Source: Lama guanicoe (taxonomy: Eukaryota). From it: DNA of 64,000 nt. Shown here piece by piece: positions 13,401-28,400 of this stretch; the stretch's first letter is position 1, and each line of letters starts with the position of its first letter. Made by a program: the position numbers and the translations under genes. The notes beneath the pieces are model-generated. The model was given only the letters and a program-made list of their open reading frames with translations, was not told the origin of the DNA and searched no databases. The stretch covers positions 24,734 through 88,733 of the forward strand of contig MU053164.1 of the NCBI GenBank assembly GCA_013239625.1, given 5' to 3'.

Positions 13401-16400
13401 TGCGGAATTTTCAGGATACTTTCCTGTAAAGTATCTTGGATTTCGTTTTAGCTTCTGGTGTTTCCACAAATGGCTCTGAATGATAGGAAATACACAGGTT
13501 TCCAGAATATTCTCTTAATCCTTCCCTGTGCCTTCCATTTAAGTCTCGGGTTCATTATGAGCATTAAATCTGTGAACTAGGCTGAGATACAATGGTTTCA
13601 ATACCAAGGTTCTAAGGAGGTTTAGGTAGAAATTGTCAAAAAGCAATTTCATTGCCATCTTAAAGAAGATCAACTTCTGGGTCTCCAGGGATAAATATTA
13701 ATTGTATCAATTGCTTCTTAGTATTTTTTTTTTCAGTTTAGTGTAGAGTCTATTTTTAGGCTACAGTTTTTCAATTTTAGTCAAAATATATGGGGAAATG
13801 GTATGGACAAAATCTTAAGAAAGAAAATTTAAAATAATCTTTGCTTCTAAAGATTAGAAAATCTTATAACTGCCCAGTTGGAAATGCATTATAAATTTCT
13901 GTAATTAATTCCAGGTTATATATTTTAGTGTATCTATTGCTCTTAAGATGAAAATTTTATAAGTATTTTTTTAAATAATTTTTTTTTACTCTTTTGTTCA
14001 ACCACTAAAATATTTTTGGAAGTAAGCAAGTTATAAATAGTAAATGAATCAATTTTTTGTAACAGCAGCAAGTTTAAAATAAGGGGTTTTGATCCAAATG
14101 CAATGCTCAGTATAGAATAATAAAGTCACAAGGTTATAATTATTTCCTGTCACAAATGCAGACATTAGGACTAATACACCAAACGGCTCAAAGGCCTTTT
14201 TGGGCCAAGGTAGCCAACCGTGTTACCGTTCATCGTGCTAGGCACCGAAGATAAAAATAGTGAGTAACAGATTCTTTGCCCGTGATTAGTGAGAACTGTC
14301 CTCTTATCACAAGTGCAGAAGTTGTCATAAAATTTAACAAGCCGAATTACAAGAAGCCCCTGACTGGTTTTTATCTTTCTAGATACAACAACCTTAAGAT
14401 AAAAAATAAAATAAAGTTAAGTGACATGTGGACGGCAAGCTGCGTGGATGAAGTGGAAGAAGGCAACACCAGCACCGCAAGATCCTTTGTCCTGGGCTGG
14501 CCCACCGTGAGCTTTGCAGCCACTTTCAGGTGAGAGCCGCGGCTGGTCCATGGGCTGGCTGCTGCGAAATCCCATCAGCTATGGAATGACTAGGGTGGAA
14601 GAAAAAAAATTAATCAGATTTTGTTCCAGTTTTGTTCTTCCGATTTTTTAAAGGAAATACTTTCTTCTGATTGATCTGTTCTGAAGCCAGTAACTCATCT
14701 TTTGACACACCCCACTGGAGGCTCCCGTATGCCTTATATTTTTTCCCAAAGAGCTTTTTATTAAAATATGTGAAATATATTGGTAAATACTGAGAACTCT
14801 TGAAATCATTATCTTGGTTTGAGCAGTGATTGCTAAAGGGGCTACCGAAACATCTCAAGCACTGTGGAAGAGGAGGGGGTGGTCAGAGCTCTAGGACCCC
14901 CTCTCCAACATCCCCTTCCCTCGTGGTCAGGTATTGTTTTATACGCTGAGCTTTCAACTTGACTTTTCAAACCACTGAAGCAGACCTTTACTGAAACAAA
15001 TTTTATAATATTCTCCAATTAATTTTGAATAACTGGTTTATACTCCCAAATTTTCTAAAAAAAAATTAATTATAGAAATGAATTTAATGTCATGAAATAA
15101 TGTGGTTCCTGAATTGTGTATCATGTTCTGATTTAGCGTCTATAGAGATGTGACAGTCAAGAGCAAATATATGATACAAGGAGTGAAAGTCAGTTTCCTA
15201 AGACTCACTCCTTGGTGGGGATGGAGTTGGAGAATGTATGAATAGAGAATGTTTGTGCTCTCATCCTGAACATGCTCAGTTGGCACTTTTCACATCAAGG
15301 TGAGCCGACCAGGACTCTAACTTGTGATTTTGAACAACTGCATCCTCAAGTCCAGTGTAATGTTGAAAGAGCTTGAAAGAGCTGGTTTTCATCACATGCA
15401 CACAATGTTTTTCTTTCTGCTTCTTCTCTCCTCACTACCATCAAACTCCTCAGGCATCATCTTAAAGCTAGAGAACTAAAAATTTTTAAGCTACTAATTA
15501 TCTGATGAAGGAAGAGCATGCCATGAAGTTCTGTTATGCACCACTGGCTTACCAAAAGATTTCAAGAACTTATTTGGAAGAAAGCATGTGTTTATATCAT
15601 TCTCAGCATATCTTCTTTTCCATGACAGGTTTCTCTAGATATTATCATTTCCTATTGTTTAATCTCCTTGGAGTTTACAGCTGAAAGGAAGCGATTTCAA
15701 GTGAGGGCTGGGACTACATGACATCTTTAGTTGAGTAGTTTTTTCATGAAACTTTTTTTAAGAAGAAGAGAAAATGTAGAAACAAGTTATACAATACATT
15801 ATAATTCCTGGAAAAGTACAGCACTTTAACCAAATGGTTAAGTTAACATTACTAGTGATGTTGTGTGAATATCTGCCCCTTGAAGAGCAATTCACTCCTG
15901 CAGCACCTCTCCCCAAAACCATAACCTCAGTCTAATCATGAGAACAGAATCAAAGAAGCTCAAATTGAGGGATGCTCTGTAGGATTACCTAACCAGTAAG
16001 CCTCAAAACTGTCAAGGTCAAAAAAAAAAAATAGGAAAAGACATAGAAATAGTTACTAAGGAGACATGATAACTAAATGCAATGTGGTATCTTGGATGGA
16101 TCCTAGAACAGAAAAAAGGACATTAATGGGAAAACTGGTGAAATCTGAACAGTCACGATTCCCATAGAGGAATCGAAAGCTAGGAGTGAGGTATATAGAC
16201 TTTCTGTACTATCTTTGCAGTGTTTCTGAAGATTTTAAATTATTTCCAAATTAAAAGATTACTTTTGTTTAAAAAAAAAAGTAGTGTTGAAGAGTTCAGA
16301 CTCTAGTTTGGCAGAGTGAGGTCTCAACAAACAGACTGACCACTCTACAGATAACAATTGTAAACCCAAAGCAAAATACAAACAGCAACAAACTACCTGA

Positions 16401-19400
16401 AGGTCCTGAAAAGTAAGCAAAAATTAGCATATTTTGGAGAAGAAATGAACCTTGGAATGAGGCAGCAACTCTAGGTGAGTTTCCTGTTTTTAAGGCATTG
16501 GCTTGAGGGCAGGCTGCAGGCACATTGTGGTGCAGGAAAACCAAGCCGACAAAAAGCCGCAGTCTTTCTGGGCTCAAGAACCAAAGTACAGAGTCTGGGT
16601 CAGCCACCACCACAGGAACGTGAGGGGGAAATCTCAAAAAGGAGAGTATCAGAGAAGAGAAGCTCTAGAATTTTTGTTTAGACTGTGCCCCAGCCTCTGG
16701 CTGAAGGCTGAACCGCACATGCATGGCACAGACTTAAAGCAGTCTGGAACTAAGGCTGAAAAAATTGAACCGAGGTGCTGCTCAACACAGGTGAGAGAAA
16801 GTTTTCAGCTTGAGTCTAATAAAGTTAGTTGTTAAAACAAAAACATCAACAGTGTTTAGCAAATATAACAAAGCTCAGAGTCTCCAAAACAAAGCATTCC
16901 TAATGTCCAGAATGCAATCTAAAATTTCTTAACATATGAAAAACCTAGAGAGGAAAAGATAATAAATAAAAGCCAGCCCTAAGATAATTCATATGTTGGA
17001 ATTACCATAAAAGAACTTTAGGCGGCCCCGCCCCCGGCGCGGGCTCCCCCCCCAACCCTCCCCCGCCGGCCGGGAGGCTGGCGAGTAGCCAGTCGCTGCG
17101 CGCGCGGTGCTTTCTCGGCGCGCCTCGCACGGGCTCAGACGATGGACAGTCTTGGGCAGCAGCTGCGAAGGCTAGAGCCCAAGGAAGAGTGTGCCCAGGG
17201 GAGGTTCCCAGCTGCTTTCCCTCTGCCAAGTCGCCCTGCTTTTGCTTCTCAAGCCGCTCTCCAGGCCTCTGCTGTCTCCTACTCACAGCTGACCTGCCCG
17301 CTTTGAGCCGTTTTCTCCCAGTGGCAGAGATGGGCCCCTCGCCGGTCCTGTCAAAGGACAGTGACCAGCTTGGCCTCAGCCTGCTCTGACCCAGGCCTGC
17401 CGCTCTGGCTGTGCAATCCTGGGCAAGTTGCCGCTTCGCTCTGAGCTGCTTGCTGGGCGCAGGGCATCCCTACCCGAGGTGGTGGAGAGGACCCCGCTAA
17501 ATGGTGCCTAGAATAAGCTTGAGCAGGGTACGTGCTCAGTGAACGTAAAAACGCCACTCAGTGCTTGGCTTTGAAGTCCTGTAGCCAAATGAAGGATCAG
17601 TCTCAAGCGAAACTTATGCGAGCCCCACGGGCCTCCCTCTGACCTGTCGCTGAAGCACGCCCCTCGCCCCAGGCCCAGCATGCGCTTGTCGGTGCGGAGG
17701 GCACTGCTGGCAGCTGGCTTCGCCCTGGCCCCGGTGCTGGCGGTCCAGCTTGGGCAGCAGGTGCTGGAGTGCCGGGCGGTGCTGGGGGGCCCGCTGGGCC
17801 CCCGACGGACCATGCAGCCGGAGCAGGAGGACCTGGTGATGGTGGGCGCGGACCACGTGGAGTACCGCTACGGCGAGGCCGTGCTGCTTATCTTCGTGGG
17901 GGGCGTGCCCCGGAGCGGCACCACGCTGATGCGCGCCATGCTGGACACCAAGCACGGTGAGCCGGCCCGCGTCCTCTGCAACAAGGACCCCTTCACGCTC
18001 AAGTCGTCCGTCTACTTGTCGCTCCTGTTCCCCAACTCCAAATTCCTGCTGATGGTGCGGGACAGTCAGGCCTCCGTGCACTCCATGATCACCCGCAAGG
18101 TCACCATCGCCGGCTTCGACCTCAGCAGCTACTGCGACTGCCTCACCAAGAGGAACAAGGCCATCGAGGTGATGTAAGCCCAGTGCATGGAGGTGGGCAA
18201 GGACAAGTGCCTGCCCGTGTACTACGAGCGGCTGGGGCTGTACCCCCGGCGCTCCCTCAAGCGCATCCTCGACTTCCTCGGCATCGCCTGGAGTGACGCC
18301 GTCCTGCACCACGAGAACCTCATCGGCAAGCCCGGGGGCGTCTCCCTGTCCAAGACTGAGCGGTCCACAGACCAGGTCATCAAACCCGTGAGCCTGGAAG
18401 CTCTCTCCAAGTGGACCGGCCACATCCCCAGGGATGTGATTAGGGACATGGCCCAGGTCGCCCCCATGCTGGCTCGGCCCGGCTACGACCCCTATGCAAA
18501 CCCACCCAGCTACGGCAGTCCCGACCCCATTGTCGTCAACAACACACACAGGGTCTTGAAAGGGGACTGTAAAACACCAGCCAATCTGAAGGGCTATTTT
18601 CAGGTGAACCAGAACAGTACCTCCTCCCACATAGGAAACTCACGATTTCCGGATCTCTGCAAATGGCTTTGTTGCCGGAAGAGAAGAAACTGCATTCGAG
18701 TGGAAATCGGACCTCTAATCCAAGCATATTGCTTGCTGTTAATCGCCAAATCAGGACTGCTCGTGAGAAATGTATTTGCATATATTTGCAAAAAGCTGAA
18801 CATTGAAAACTTAACCTTAAAACACTCTATCTTAGGACACTCCGGGGTAGAGAAGCAACAGTGTGGAAGAGTTTGGCTTTTGAAACTTAAATATTTTATA
18901 TGTTTCCCCCTAGAGAACTTTTTCTTTTGAAGAAAGGGGTTTGCCATCCTCCTTAATTTGCAGGACCACCGTGGTGACTTTGTTTGCCAGGACAAGGCCC
19001 GCCACCTGTGCCTCTCCCGTTAACTCTTAACTTTTGAATTCAGAGAATCTATTTAAGAATTTAATATATGAGGCTTTCTTTGATTCCTCCTCAGTTCTAC
19101 TCAGTTTCACAGAGGAAAAAAATATATATTATTTGAATCAAAAGAAAAAAAAAAGAACTTTAAAGCAGCTCTTATGACTATGCTCAGTGGGTAAAGGGAG
19201 AAGCCAATTAAAATGAATGAAAAGATGGGAAAGCTAAGCAGAGAAATAGAAAATATTTGTAAAAGCCAAATGAAAAATCTAGATCTAAAGTTGTAATATC
19301 TTAAATTTTTAAAAATCCCCCCTGTAGCCTTAGTTGCAGAATGGAAATGAAAGAGAAATGAGTCAGTGAATTTGAAGGTACATTGATAGAAATTGTCCAA

Positions 19401-22400
19401 TCTGAGGAATAGAGAAAACAACGATTTTTTTTAATGCCTTGGTGCCTAGGAAGAAGCCTCTGCACCTGCTCCTTATAACCATTTCCTCCAGGGTCTTCTG
19501 TTTCCTTAGGCACCTCAACTGAATGGCACATAGTTCCCAGCTAACTCTCTGGAATGGTACTCTTAATCACCTCCCAAATTTGAAGGGATCTTCCCAGACT
19601 ATCTTCTCCTTTTTCTTTCTCTAAGATACACTGCTTGCTTCTCTCCTGGCTCTTGTCTTAGACGTTTATGAAACGCTGAAATAACCTTGATTTGGGAGTA
19701 TTTCTGGTTTTAGTTCTACAAAAATGCCTGAGATTAGGAATTACTAGGGAAGGAGAAGCCCTGAATTCTTGCATAGAGCAAGAGCTAGGGGAAAATGCAA
19801 GAAGATTACCAAAGTAATCTCAGTGAATTAATTTGTTTGTTCATAATTTGCTTATTTTAAAGTAAAGTATGCTATATATTCAAACAATGGAACACGAAGC
19901 AGCACTGAGGATGAATGAGCTAAAACCACATGCAGTAAAATGGATACGTCTCACAAACACAATGTTAAACAAAAGAAGTCGGGTATGAAACTTTGCATGC
20001 TATATGGTTATATTTATATAAAATGCCCAAATACACAAAACTGTTGTGTTGTATTAGAAGTCAGGATAGTAGGAACTTGTGCCTGAAAAGGAACACAAGG
20101 AAACCTTCCAAGGTGGTTTTCTGTTTCTTACTCTGGGAGCCTGTCAAACGGGGTGTGTTCAATTTGTGAAAATTCTTCAAGCTGGACAATTAAGCATTGT
20201 ACAAGTTCTCTCTGTGTATCTTATATGTCAATAACAAGTTCAAGGTTTACAATACTGACTGTTTAAAGGGACAGTTTTATTTAATTGCTTTGAAAAAGGT
20301 ACAAGTCTAAAGAAAAACCTAATTTTTTCAAAATAGATTTTTTTTGCCAAATAAATGCAGTATTTGACATAAATGAACTTAGAAAATCTTCTGTTCGGAA
20401 AAGGAGAAGGCATCAAAGGTTGTAAGGGACTAAGAAAGATGAAAATTTGTCAGTGGCAAAGAGATATAATGAACTTTCTGATGACCAATCCTGGGAGATT
20501 GCTCATGGAGAAAATTGTTAAACAACAGAGTTAGGAACAAGTTACAAATATTGTTAAGTGTATTTTTTCTGGAGCAAGAAAGTAATTGAGGTTTCCAACT
20601 TCTTGAAGATTAGAAATATGATTTTAAAAGCTACTGAGTAACAAGACTATGTAGAAATAAACTTTAAATTATTTTTAACTTTAAGAATTAAATACAGCAG
20701 TGACTTCAGAAAAATTATTAATCAATAGTAATTTAGTTGTAAATAAGTTGATCTTAATCAGAAGATTACAGTAATTAAGAATAAGTTTTCTATGAACCAA
20801 ATTACTGAATTATAATTCTGCCATATGTATAGAGAAATTAATGTTTCCTTTACTGACAGCAAACTGGTTTCTGAGCCAAGATATTTCCATCAGTATGCCA
20901 AATTTCTCCTTAATCTCTTTAATCTCAAATTAAGCATATTTTCTGTTTGCATGACACTTAAAGCTACAAAAACACTCTTGAGATAATTAGCCCAGTTTTA
21001 CAGATGTGGAAACCGAAGCTTAGAGATGTTAAGTGATTTGCCCATGATAATACGTCTTGCATATATTTTTGAAGCCAGGTGTTGGAATTCCAAATCAAGT
21101 ACTTTTTCCACTATAAGGATATTACTTGTAACAGAGCCATAAAGTAAGAAAGTGGATCTTTCTTGGATCCTTCCAAGAGGTTTTAGTTAAAAACTAAAAC
21201 CTGACTGTGTAGTTTTTCCTAACGGGGATTTTCAGTTCTGGGTTCTCCAGAACACAGTTTTGCCCAGGGTTGCAGCAGTACCGTGCACCCCCGTCAGCAA
21301 CAATGGGCTGCTGATATTTTGTCTGGATTGATGCTCTTAATTTGTTAGGATAAGTGTTCTATGCGGTTTAATTGTTCTCTCCCATTTTCTTTCATTGCAG
21401 TTCTCCAGAACAAAAGGGCAAATGGCTCTCTCTCCTTCAGAGGTATTTTTTCAGTATACATATTTTTAATCTTTCCGGTGTAGTTAAATGATTAAATTCT
21501 TCTCTGCAGGGATGTGCCCCAAACTATTCCTCTTTCCCTTAGTAGAAATTGTTCGTTTGTCCTCAGAATAATCTGAGGTTTAGACTGTATGCCAAACTAT
21601 GTGCTGTAAATAATGTTCTCTCATTACATGTACTTCTTACTTTCTAGGAAGGAGAACATTGAGGTCTGGATCATGTTAGACAGAATTTAGTTAATAATCT
21701 CTCCCATCATTTTCTTTGTCTCCAACATGTCACTTGCAACTCACAGTTTCCTCAAAGCGTGTATTAAGTTTCCACACATGGAGGGTTTTCTGCTGAGCAC
21801 CTCAGAATTCAATTATTATTCCTACCTCTGAGCATACAGACTAAAATGGTCAACTTAGATCCATCTCTGATTCCTGTGGAACTTCCCCCTTCCTCCCTGC
21901 TGCCCCTTTCCAAGCAGTGGAGATAACCAAGATGCACACTCCCTTGGAGAGCTCAGTGAGAAGGGAAAGGCCACTGCTTTGGTTTGATCTAATAAAGTGT
22001 TATAAATGCTTCTGTGCCGATGAGCCAGGTTCTGGGTGTGCCCAGGGAAGGCAGGGAAGCTGCCTTAACATCACCCAGAGGTGCCTTAACCTGACTCTGC
22101 TTCTCAAGCCTTGCTTGGAATGGACCTTCTCTGTTCTTTTTTGTGCCCATGCCTAATGTCCTGAGAATTTTTAAAGTGATCTTCCAACCCATAATGTAAT
22201 CTGACTTTGCTGAGTCTTTCCATCTGTCTTTTAAAAAACAGCATATTGAAAAATATTAGCAAAAATAGATTGATTTCAAAATAAGCCGTTAGCAAAATCC
22301 ATCTGACTCCATGTTGTTTTGGGTTGTTGTTGCATTTGATTAGATACATCAATCTAGAGAAAGAGAAGGACTACCCGAAGAGCATTCTGCTCCGAGTCGT

Positions 22401-25400
22401 CACCAAGGATGTTGGGAATTGCACCTGTGTAAGTGTTTCTAAGCCAGAAAAAATTAAGTTCCAGGTCCCTACATAAGGCAGAGTGCCATGGATAAAAGAG
22501 AGACAGGCAGGTAGACAGAAAGACAGACAGACTGTGTACAGTCTACGGAAGGTAGGCATTTAGAAATACCATGTGGGGAAGTGCATTTTCCTGGGTGTAT
22601 GTATATCTTTGTATGAGTGACAAGTAACCCTAGAGAAAATGAAACAAGAGAAATTCTTGTTAACTACAGTGTTGAACATTGATGCTTGGAAGGATATTGC
22701 CTGTCAGGTGTCTCTTGCCTTCCTCTGGCATCCGTGCTTCTCTGGGTCCATCCAAAAGCCGCTGCAGAGGCTTGATGTAAAGCCATTTCCATAAGGAGAT
22801 ATTTCCTATTAGTATTAAGGAACTTTTTTCCAACTTGTCACTACTTAAGTAGAGATAAGGAGAGAGTGGTTTCTGAAAGTTCTCCATTCTTTGAGTTTTT
22901 AGGGATTGAATCCCTCAGGTTATTAATAAATGGATGAGCTGGGAGAGATGGTATTTTTAATGGATCAGCATGTTTCTTCCTCATAGTTATTATCATGCTG
23001 GTCAAGAAAAAATTCAGTCTATTTAGCCCTAGTCATTATGTGGAATGTGATGACTGAAATACAGCAAAGTGCCGCGATGTTATCAACGATGAGCAAAACG
23101 GAAACATGAATATTTCTGTGATACTGTGGATTGTCACACGTCACAGGAGCTCCAGACCACACAGAGTAGTTCTGTGTGTGGACAGATATGTAGTACGAAA
23201 CAGTTATATTTTGGGCAAAAGTTATGCAAAGTTCTGATACGAGTGCCAGATGTCACTGCTTGAGGGAAATACTCAAATTTTTCTCTTCTTTCACTTCTCT
23301 TCTAAAACCAGTTTTTTCTCAAGGACACACTTTCCATACACTGCAGCTGTTTAAAAAAATTTCAAGGTGTTTTTCCATGAAAATCCTGAGTGTAACCAGC
23401 TGCCATAACCCCTGAACGAAGGCCAGCAGGAAAACGGTGGTGTTTTTTCTGCCCCTTGCTTTGCTACAGAAGGTCTGTGCAGCCTCACACCATAAAAACT
23501 TGAGTGGTTGAGTTACCAGTGGATTTCACTTAGCTTTATATTTTATCATATTGTTTGTGGTCGGGTTGGGTGCTCTGTCCTATCACTAGACCCTGGTGAA
23601 GTCCACGATGGTGTGACACACTGTCCTTTGCTCTCTGAAGTTGTTTCAGGGCAACACTCTCCTTTTGGGCAGCCCTGCTGCCAGAAAGAGTGATTCCCCC
23701 AAGCAGGAGTGCGTGTCCGAGAGTGTTCTTTCTCCTTGGCCTTCAGTTATGTGCCACCTGCTAGTGACTTCTGCTATATGGAAAAAACAGCCACATTTTC
23801 AGTTTTGCCTCTTTATTTTATGTACTAGCCAAAGAAAACTTATCTGCTAAAATTCATTTGTTTTGTCTACCAGAGAGGCATGCAGGGAAAAATACACATC
23901 CTATAATTACTGTTTTGAGCAGATGTCTCTAATATTAAGAAAAATCATCGTCTTAGAAACCAGATAGATTGCGAGTGATTATTAGTATTACAGGATAGAT
24001 GCTTCACTTTACAAAAGGTTTTATATTGAGTGTTTCTTTATATGAAATGGAGAGGTTTTTCAGACTTTAAAGGAAAAAAGCAGAAGCCTTTCATGATAGT
24101 TATCTCAAGTTTGCAAAAACATCTCTGCCATTCTGGTAGAAGGTGAACACTGAGCCCTCCCTGCTGGGTTCTGAGATACTTCTGCATAAACCTTGGAGCT
24201 GCAAGGAACACAATTTGAAATCAGTTAACAAATTTAAGCAATTTGTCATGTCAAGTAATTGGCTCATAGAGAAGAAATGCTCTATAACAGACGGATGAGT
24301 GATGAGTTATCAGTGGCTTTCACTTAGCTTCATATTTATACATCATTTTGTTTCCATTTATGCTGCCTTATCTGTGCCATTTAAGCCCTGTCGGGGACAC
24401 AGCCCTAATTACTGATTTATCTGATCATTGTAACATGTAGAACCTACCTATAGTAAATACTTATTTTTTATAGCATAGCATTGTCTTATATTTAAGTAAT
24501 GTCTTGGACTTCAGTGAACTTTATAGACATTTCAGAATCTTGTTATTCTCTTTGTTGTGAACTGTACTTTTAAATAGTCATTTCTCACTGTGGCTTAGCA
24601 CAGAGCTGTTACAGATACCCTGTTCAATGGCAAAGCTGGTAACAGGCCTGAGCTTTCTGAAATGTTCAGTCTCTTTGCTAGACTCATTGGCTTTAAGGCC
24701 TCTCCAGATTTCAGAAATGAAAATCTCAGTAGCCGCAGTGCCTGACATAGAGAAAGTGCTCAATAAACAGTGGGGCTTTTTAATGCTAAACTTGAAATGT
24801 CTTTTGTGACCAGTTCTAGTTCTGATTTTACCTAAACTGACTTTTTACCATGCAAAGAAATAAAAACCCACACTGTGAAAACAGTACACAAGAAGAAATA
24901 GGAATTAATCAAGCTCAGTCCCCTCTTTACTGACATGTTGCATTATGGAAGTGATCATGGGCTGCATGATCAGCCTCACTGATTTTTTTTCTTTTGGTTG
25001 GGAGGGTGATTCATGTAATCTCTCTGAAATATTTTATTCCTTTTCTGTCTGGCTTAAGGTCTTATATTCTTTGAGCCACATATTCTTTATTTTAAGAGAA
25101 AGAGATGCTGTATTAAAAGGCATCATATATAATAGAATGAAAATAAATTATAATCAAGGGTTTGTGTTCTCCTTAGGCCATGTGCTTTACTCTATAAACA
25201 CTTTAAACTAAGATTTGCCTGTAGATAATCATTTGTTCACCTGTTTTAAAATTCTCTATTTATAGCTGTGTTTTTCTATTTCTTTTTTTTCCTACAGTCT
25301 AAAACTATAACAGTAACAAATACAGATACTGCAAATGACGTTATCAACGCTTCCCTACCAATGCTAGGAATAACTGTAAGTTACTCTGCTAGACATTCTT

Positions 25401-28400
25401 AATTAAAAACAAACTTTGATATTTTAGATTCATGTAAATATTATCCCTTCCATCATAAGACAGCTGATTACTAGAGATACTAAAGTTCTGCTTTGTCCCC
25501 AAAAATGTAGAAAATAGGGACAGTAGATTTTTTTATTCTTTTTGAGGGTTTTGTTTGTTTGTTGTATAAGATTCTTAATAACCTCCTTCCCCATTCCCCA
25601 CTTGTCATTGTATGACTATTCTTTCCCTGTTTCCTCTCTTAGTTCATCTTTGTTATCTGTTATTCTCTTTATTATCCCAAAATTCAATTCATTCTTGGAT
25701 GCTGAATTCTGAAGGATTTACTCTATGGAATTTTTACATAAAGAATATATAGCTAGAAACCATATTCACTGGCTACAGGTTCAGAGGATAAGAAGGATGG
25801 TGCCTCTGATGAACTGGTAAATTAAAACATAAGCTTTGAATTAGATCATGGATTTGAAGACCTTTAGTACACACACCACAATTTGTTAGTGGAGAAGATT
25901 GGAATGTTTGAGGATGAGGAAGGGAAAGAGCATTGGGGAGTCCCATCTCCTCCTTACCAGTGTATAAACACCACGCAGTGGGTCCTTGTATTAAAGTGAG
26001 TGACTTTCAAAAGGATGGATGCTAGAGGAAACACTTGGACAATACCATTTCTTGCGTGAGATTCTCTATAAATATGAAGACACAGTGTTACTATGACATG
26101 ACATGACATATATTTAAGATATGTCATAGTTTTAAGTATTTTGATTTGCTTGTACACATTGCTATTGTTAAACCCTTAAGAAAGAACTAAAATTTAGAAT
26201 AAGATACCTGATATATTTTAGTTCAATTTAGAAATATATTTAAGGTATAATTAAATATATATGCACTGAGTAAAGCAGGCCCCTCTGCATAGATTTCTGA
26301 GCCTATAGAATTATACATTGGAAGAGAGTGAGTAGCTTGAGGGAAGGAAGGGAGGTTAATTAATGACATGACTCATTTTCTTATTTATTCTTTTCTTTTG
26401 GATAAGTGATCAGTCTCATCACACCAAAAGTATTTCTATTCAGTGTGGAATTAGGAATTGAGTCTCTCTGGTTATACTGCTCTAAGGAATTATTAATGTG
26501 TATGCTACCCTACATGAAAAGAAAGGATTTTTACTAGATTGCTCTTCCTGTTTGCAATAAAAATGTTTGACTAGAGGATAGGAAAGAAAGTGACAAAGTA
26601 GGGGAGGGGACTTGGCAGGATAGTCTCCTAGCCTGTTCCCTTCATTATAAGGTCAGAGTCATGATTCTTAATCAGAAGATAAAGGCAAGAATATTAAATA
26701 TTGCCATTCTGTTCTGACTTCATTTTAAACATTTTTGCTTTATCCTCTTCTAGAGGATACAGCAAAGTCCGTATAATTTGGTATTATTTCTTTCAAATGG
26801 GATTTTTAGTATTACTGGGTTGTAATTCTGCTAGTGAACAGTTTCATTGTTTCCCATAACTGGGCCTGTTCTCTAGACAGAATTCTTGTCCTTTCTGTCC
26901 CCAGGACTGGACTTGCCCAAAATAAAGCCAGCGTACACTGTGCCAACTACCTGTCTCCTCAGAGCCCCTTGGTCAGTCTTTTCTTTCCACTCAGGAGCAG
27001 CTGAGTTAATAATCAGCCTCTGAGATTTTACTTTTTCATCACAGACACAGCAGTGTTGTGGTTTTCTGTATAACAAGGTTGTCTTTACAGGGGCACATTG
27101 GAGATTAATTCTAGTGCAGAGACCTAACAGAAGTCAGGACTCTAAATAAGATCAATTAACCTTTTAGTAAACCAGGAAGGTTTTTGGTTTTTTGGGGGTT
27201 TTTTTTTGTTTTTTACTTTACAAAAGGGCGTGTATGTGATTTCCCATTCTGTGGGCTACCCATAATACTGAGAGCCTGATTCCACTGAAGTTCATGGATC
27301 CCTCATCATCACTAGGGGAAAAGGGCAAGATTTCTGAATCCTCTGTTAGGGGTTAGAGGAGAGATGGGTTGTAGGAATCAGCATTGCCACCTTCAAAAAC
27401 CATATCACCCCCTTGAACCATGAAAGCATTTATAGTGGCCCTATGTTTTTGCAAAACATAGAAATGACAAAAAATATGTCTTTGTTCAGTTACCAAGTGT
27501 GAGAGAATGATTGTTAATTCTTTTATCTCCAAGGGCTCTGAGAAAGAGTACAAGTGTTGGGTAAATTCTGGCAAAGAGGAGGCACCATACCCACTTATTG
27601 GTAAGTTTCTGTGAAAATGTAAGATGGATTGTGTTTTAATTATAGTTCTAAGTGTCTCAGAGAATTGGTAATATGGTCCTAAATTTAAATACTATTAAAT
27701 AATAAATCCCATGTAATATTCATTTAACAAATATATATATCAAGTATGTCTTATGTGCAGATAAATGATAGCTCTTCATTCAAGCAACCAGTGGTGTAGA
27801 GGGGAAGAGAAATGTAAATTTTCCTTTCATTTTTTTTTCACTTTACAAATAGACCTATTTTTGTCACACCTTTTAAAAATTTCTTTCTAAGAGAAAGCAA
27901 GATGTGCTGGAATTCCATTTTCCCTGTATATTTATTTTTCATATTTAGTTCTTGAATCTCCTTTCCTTTTCCTACTGTTTGCCTCTATAGAAAACCTTCT
28001 GTGATCCAGTCATGCCTCTTAATCTATCAGTGAGTACTGAACACCTGCCCTGTACCCAGATCTTTGCTAGGCATCAAAAAAGAAAATGAAACTAAACCAT
28101 TTAGATTCCTAAAAATCTTTATTGACTTATTTAGCAATAGGTACTACCCTACCAACTAACTACTTTGCTATTTCTCTAGCCAAATTTCCCAGCACCTGTT
28201 TTGAGGAATTACTGGAAAATAGGTCACATCTTACCTTATTTAAATCATTTAGCTACAAAAATATTTCTTGATCAGTGAAGTCCTTCAGTATAGTTAATGG
28301 AAATAGGGAAATTAAAATAAGGGACAGCATCTAAAGCAAATCTTGAGATGATGACATTGATGATGATGACGATTTCTGTTAATGATTTTTAAATGCTTGC

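Noticed and set aside
17614..18630. 338-aa minus-strand ORF
   Set aside because: Antisense shadow of the GC3-rich TPST2 coding sequence; no independent homology recognised
21179..21201. Short inverted repeat GGTTTTAGTT-AAA-AACTAAAACC
   Set aside because: A 10-bp AT-rich stem is plausible by chance or local slippage; no supporting context
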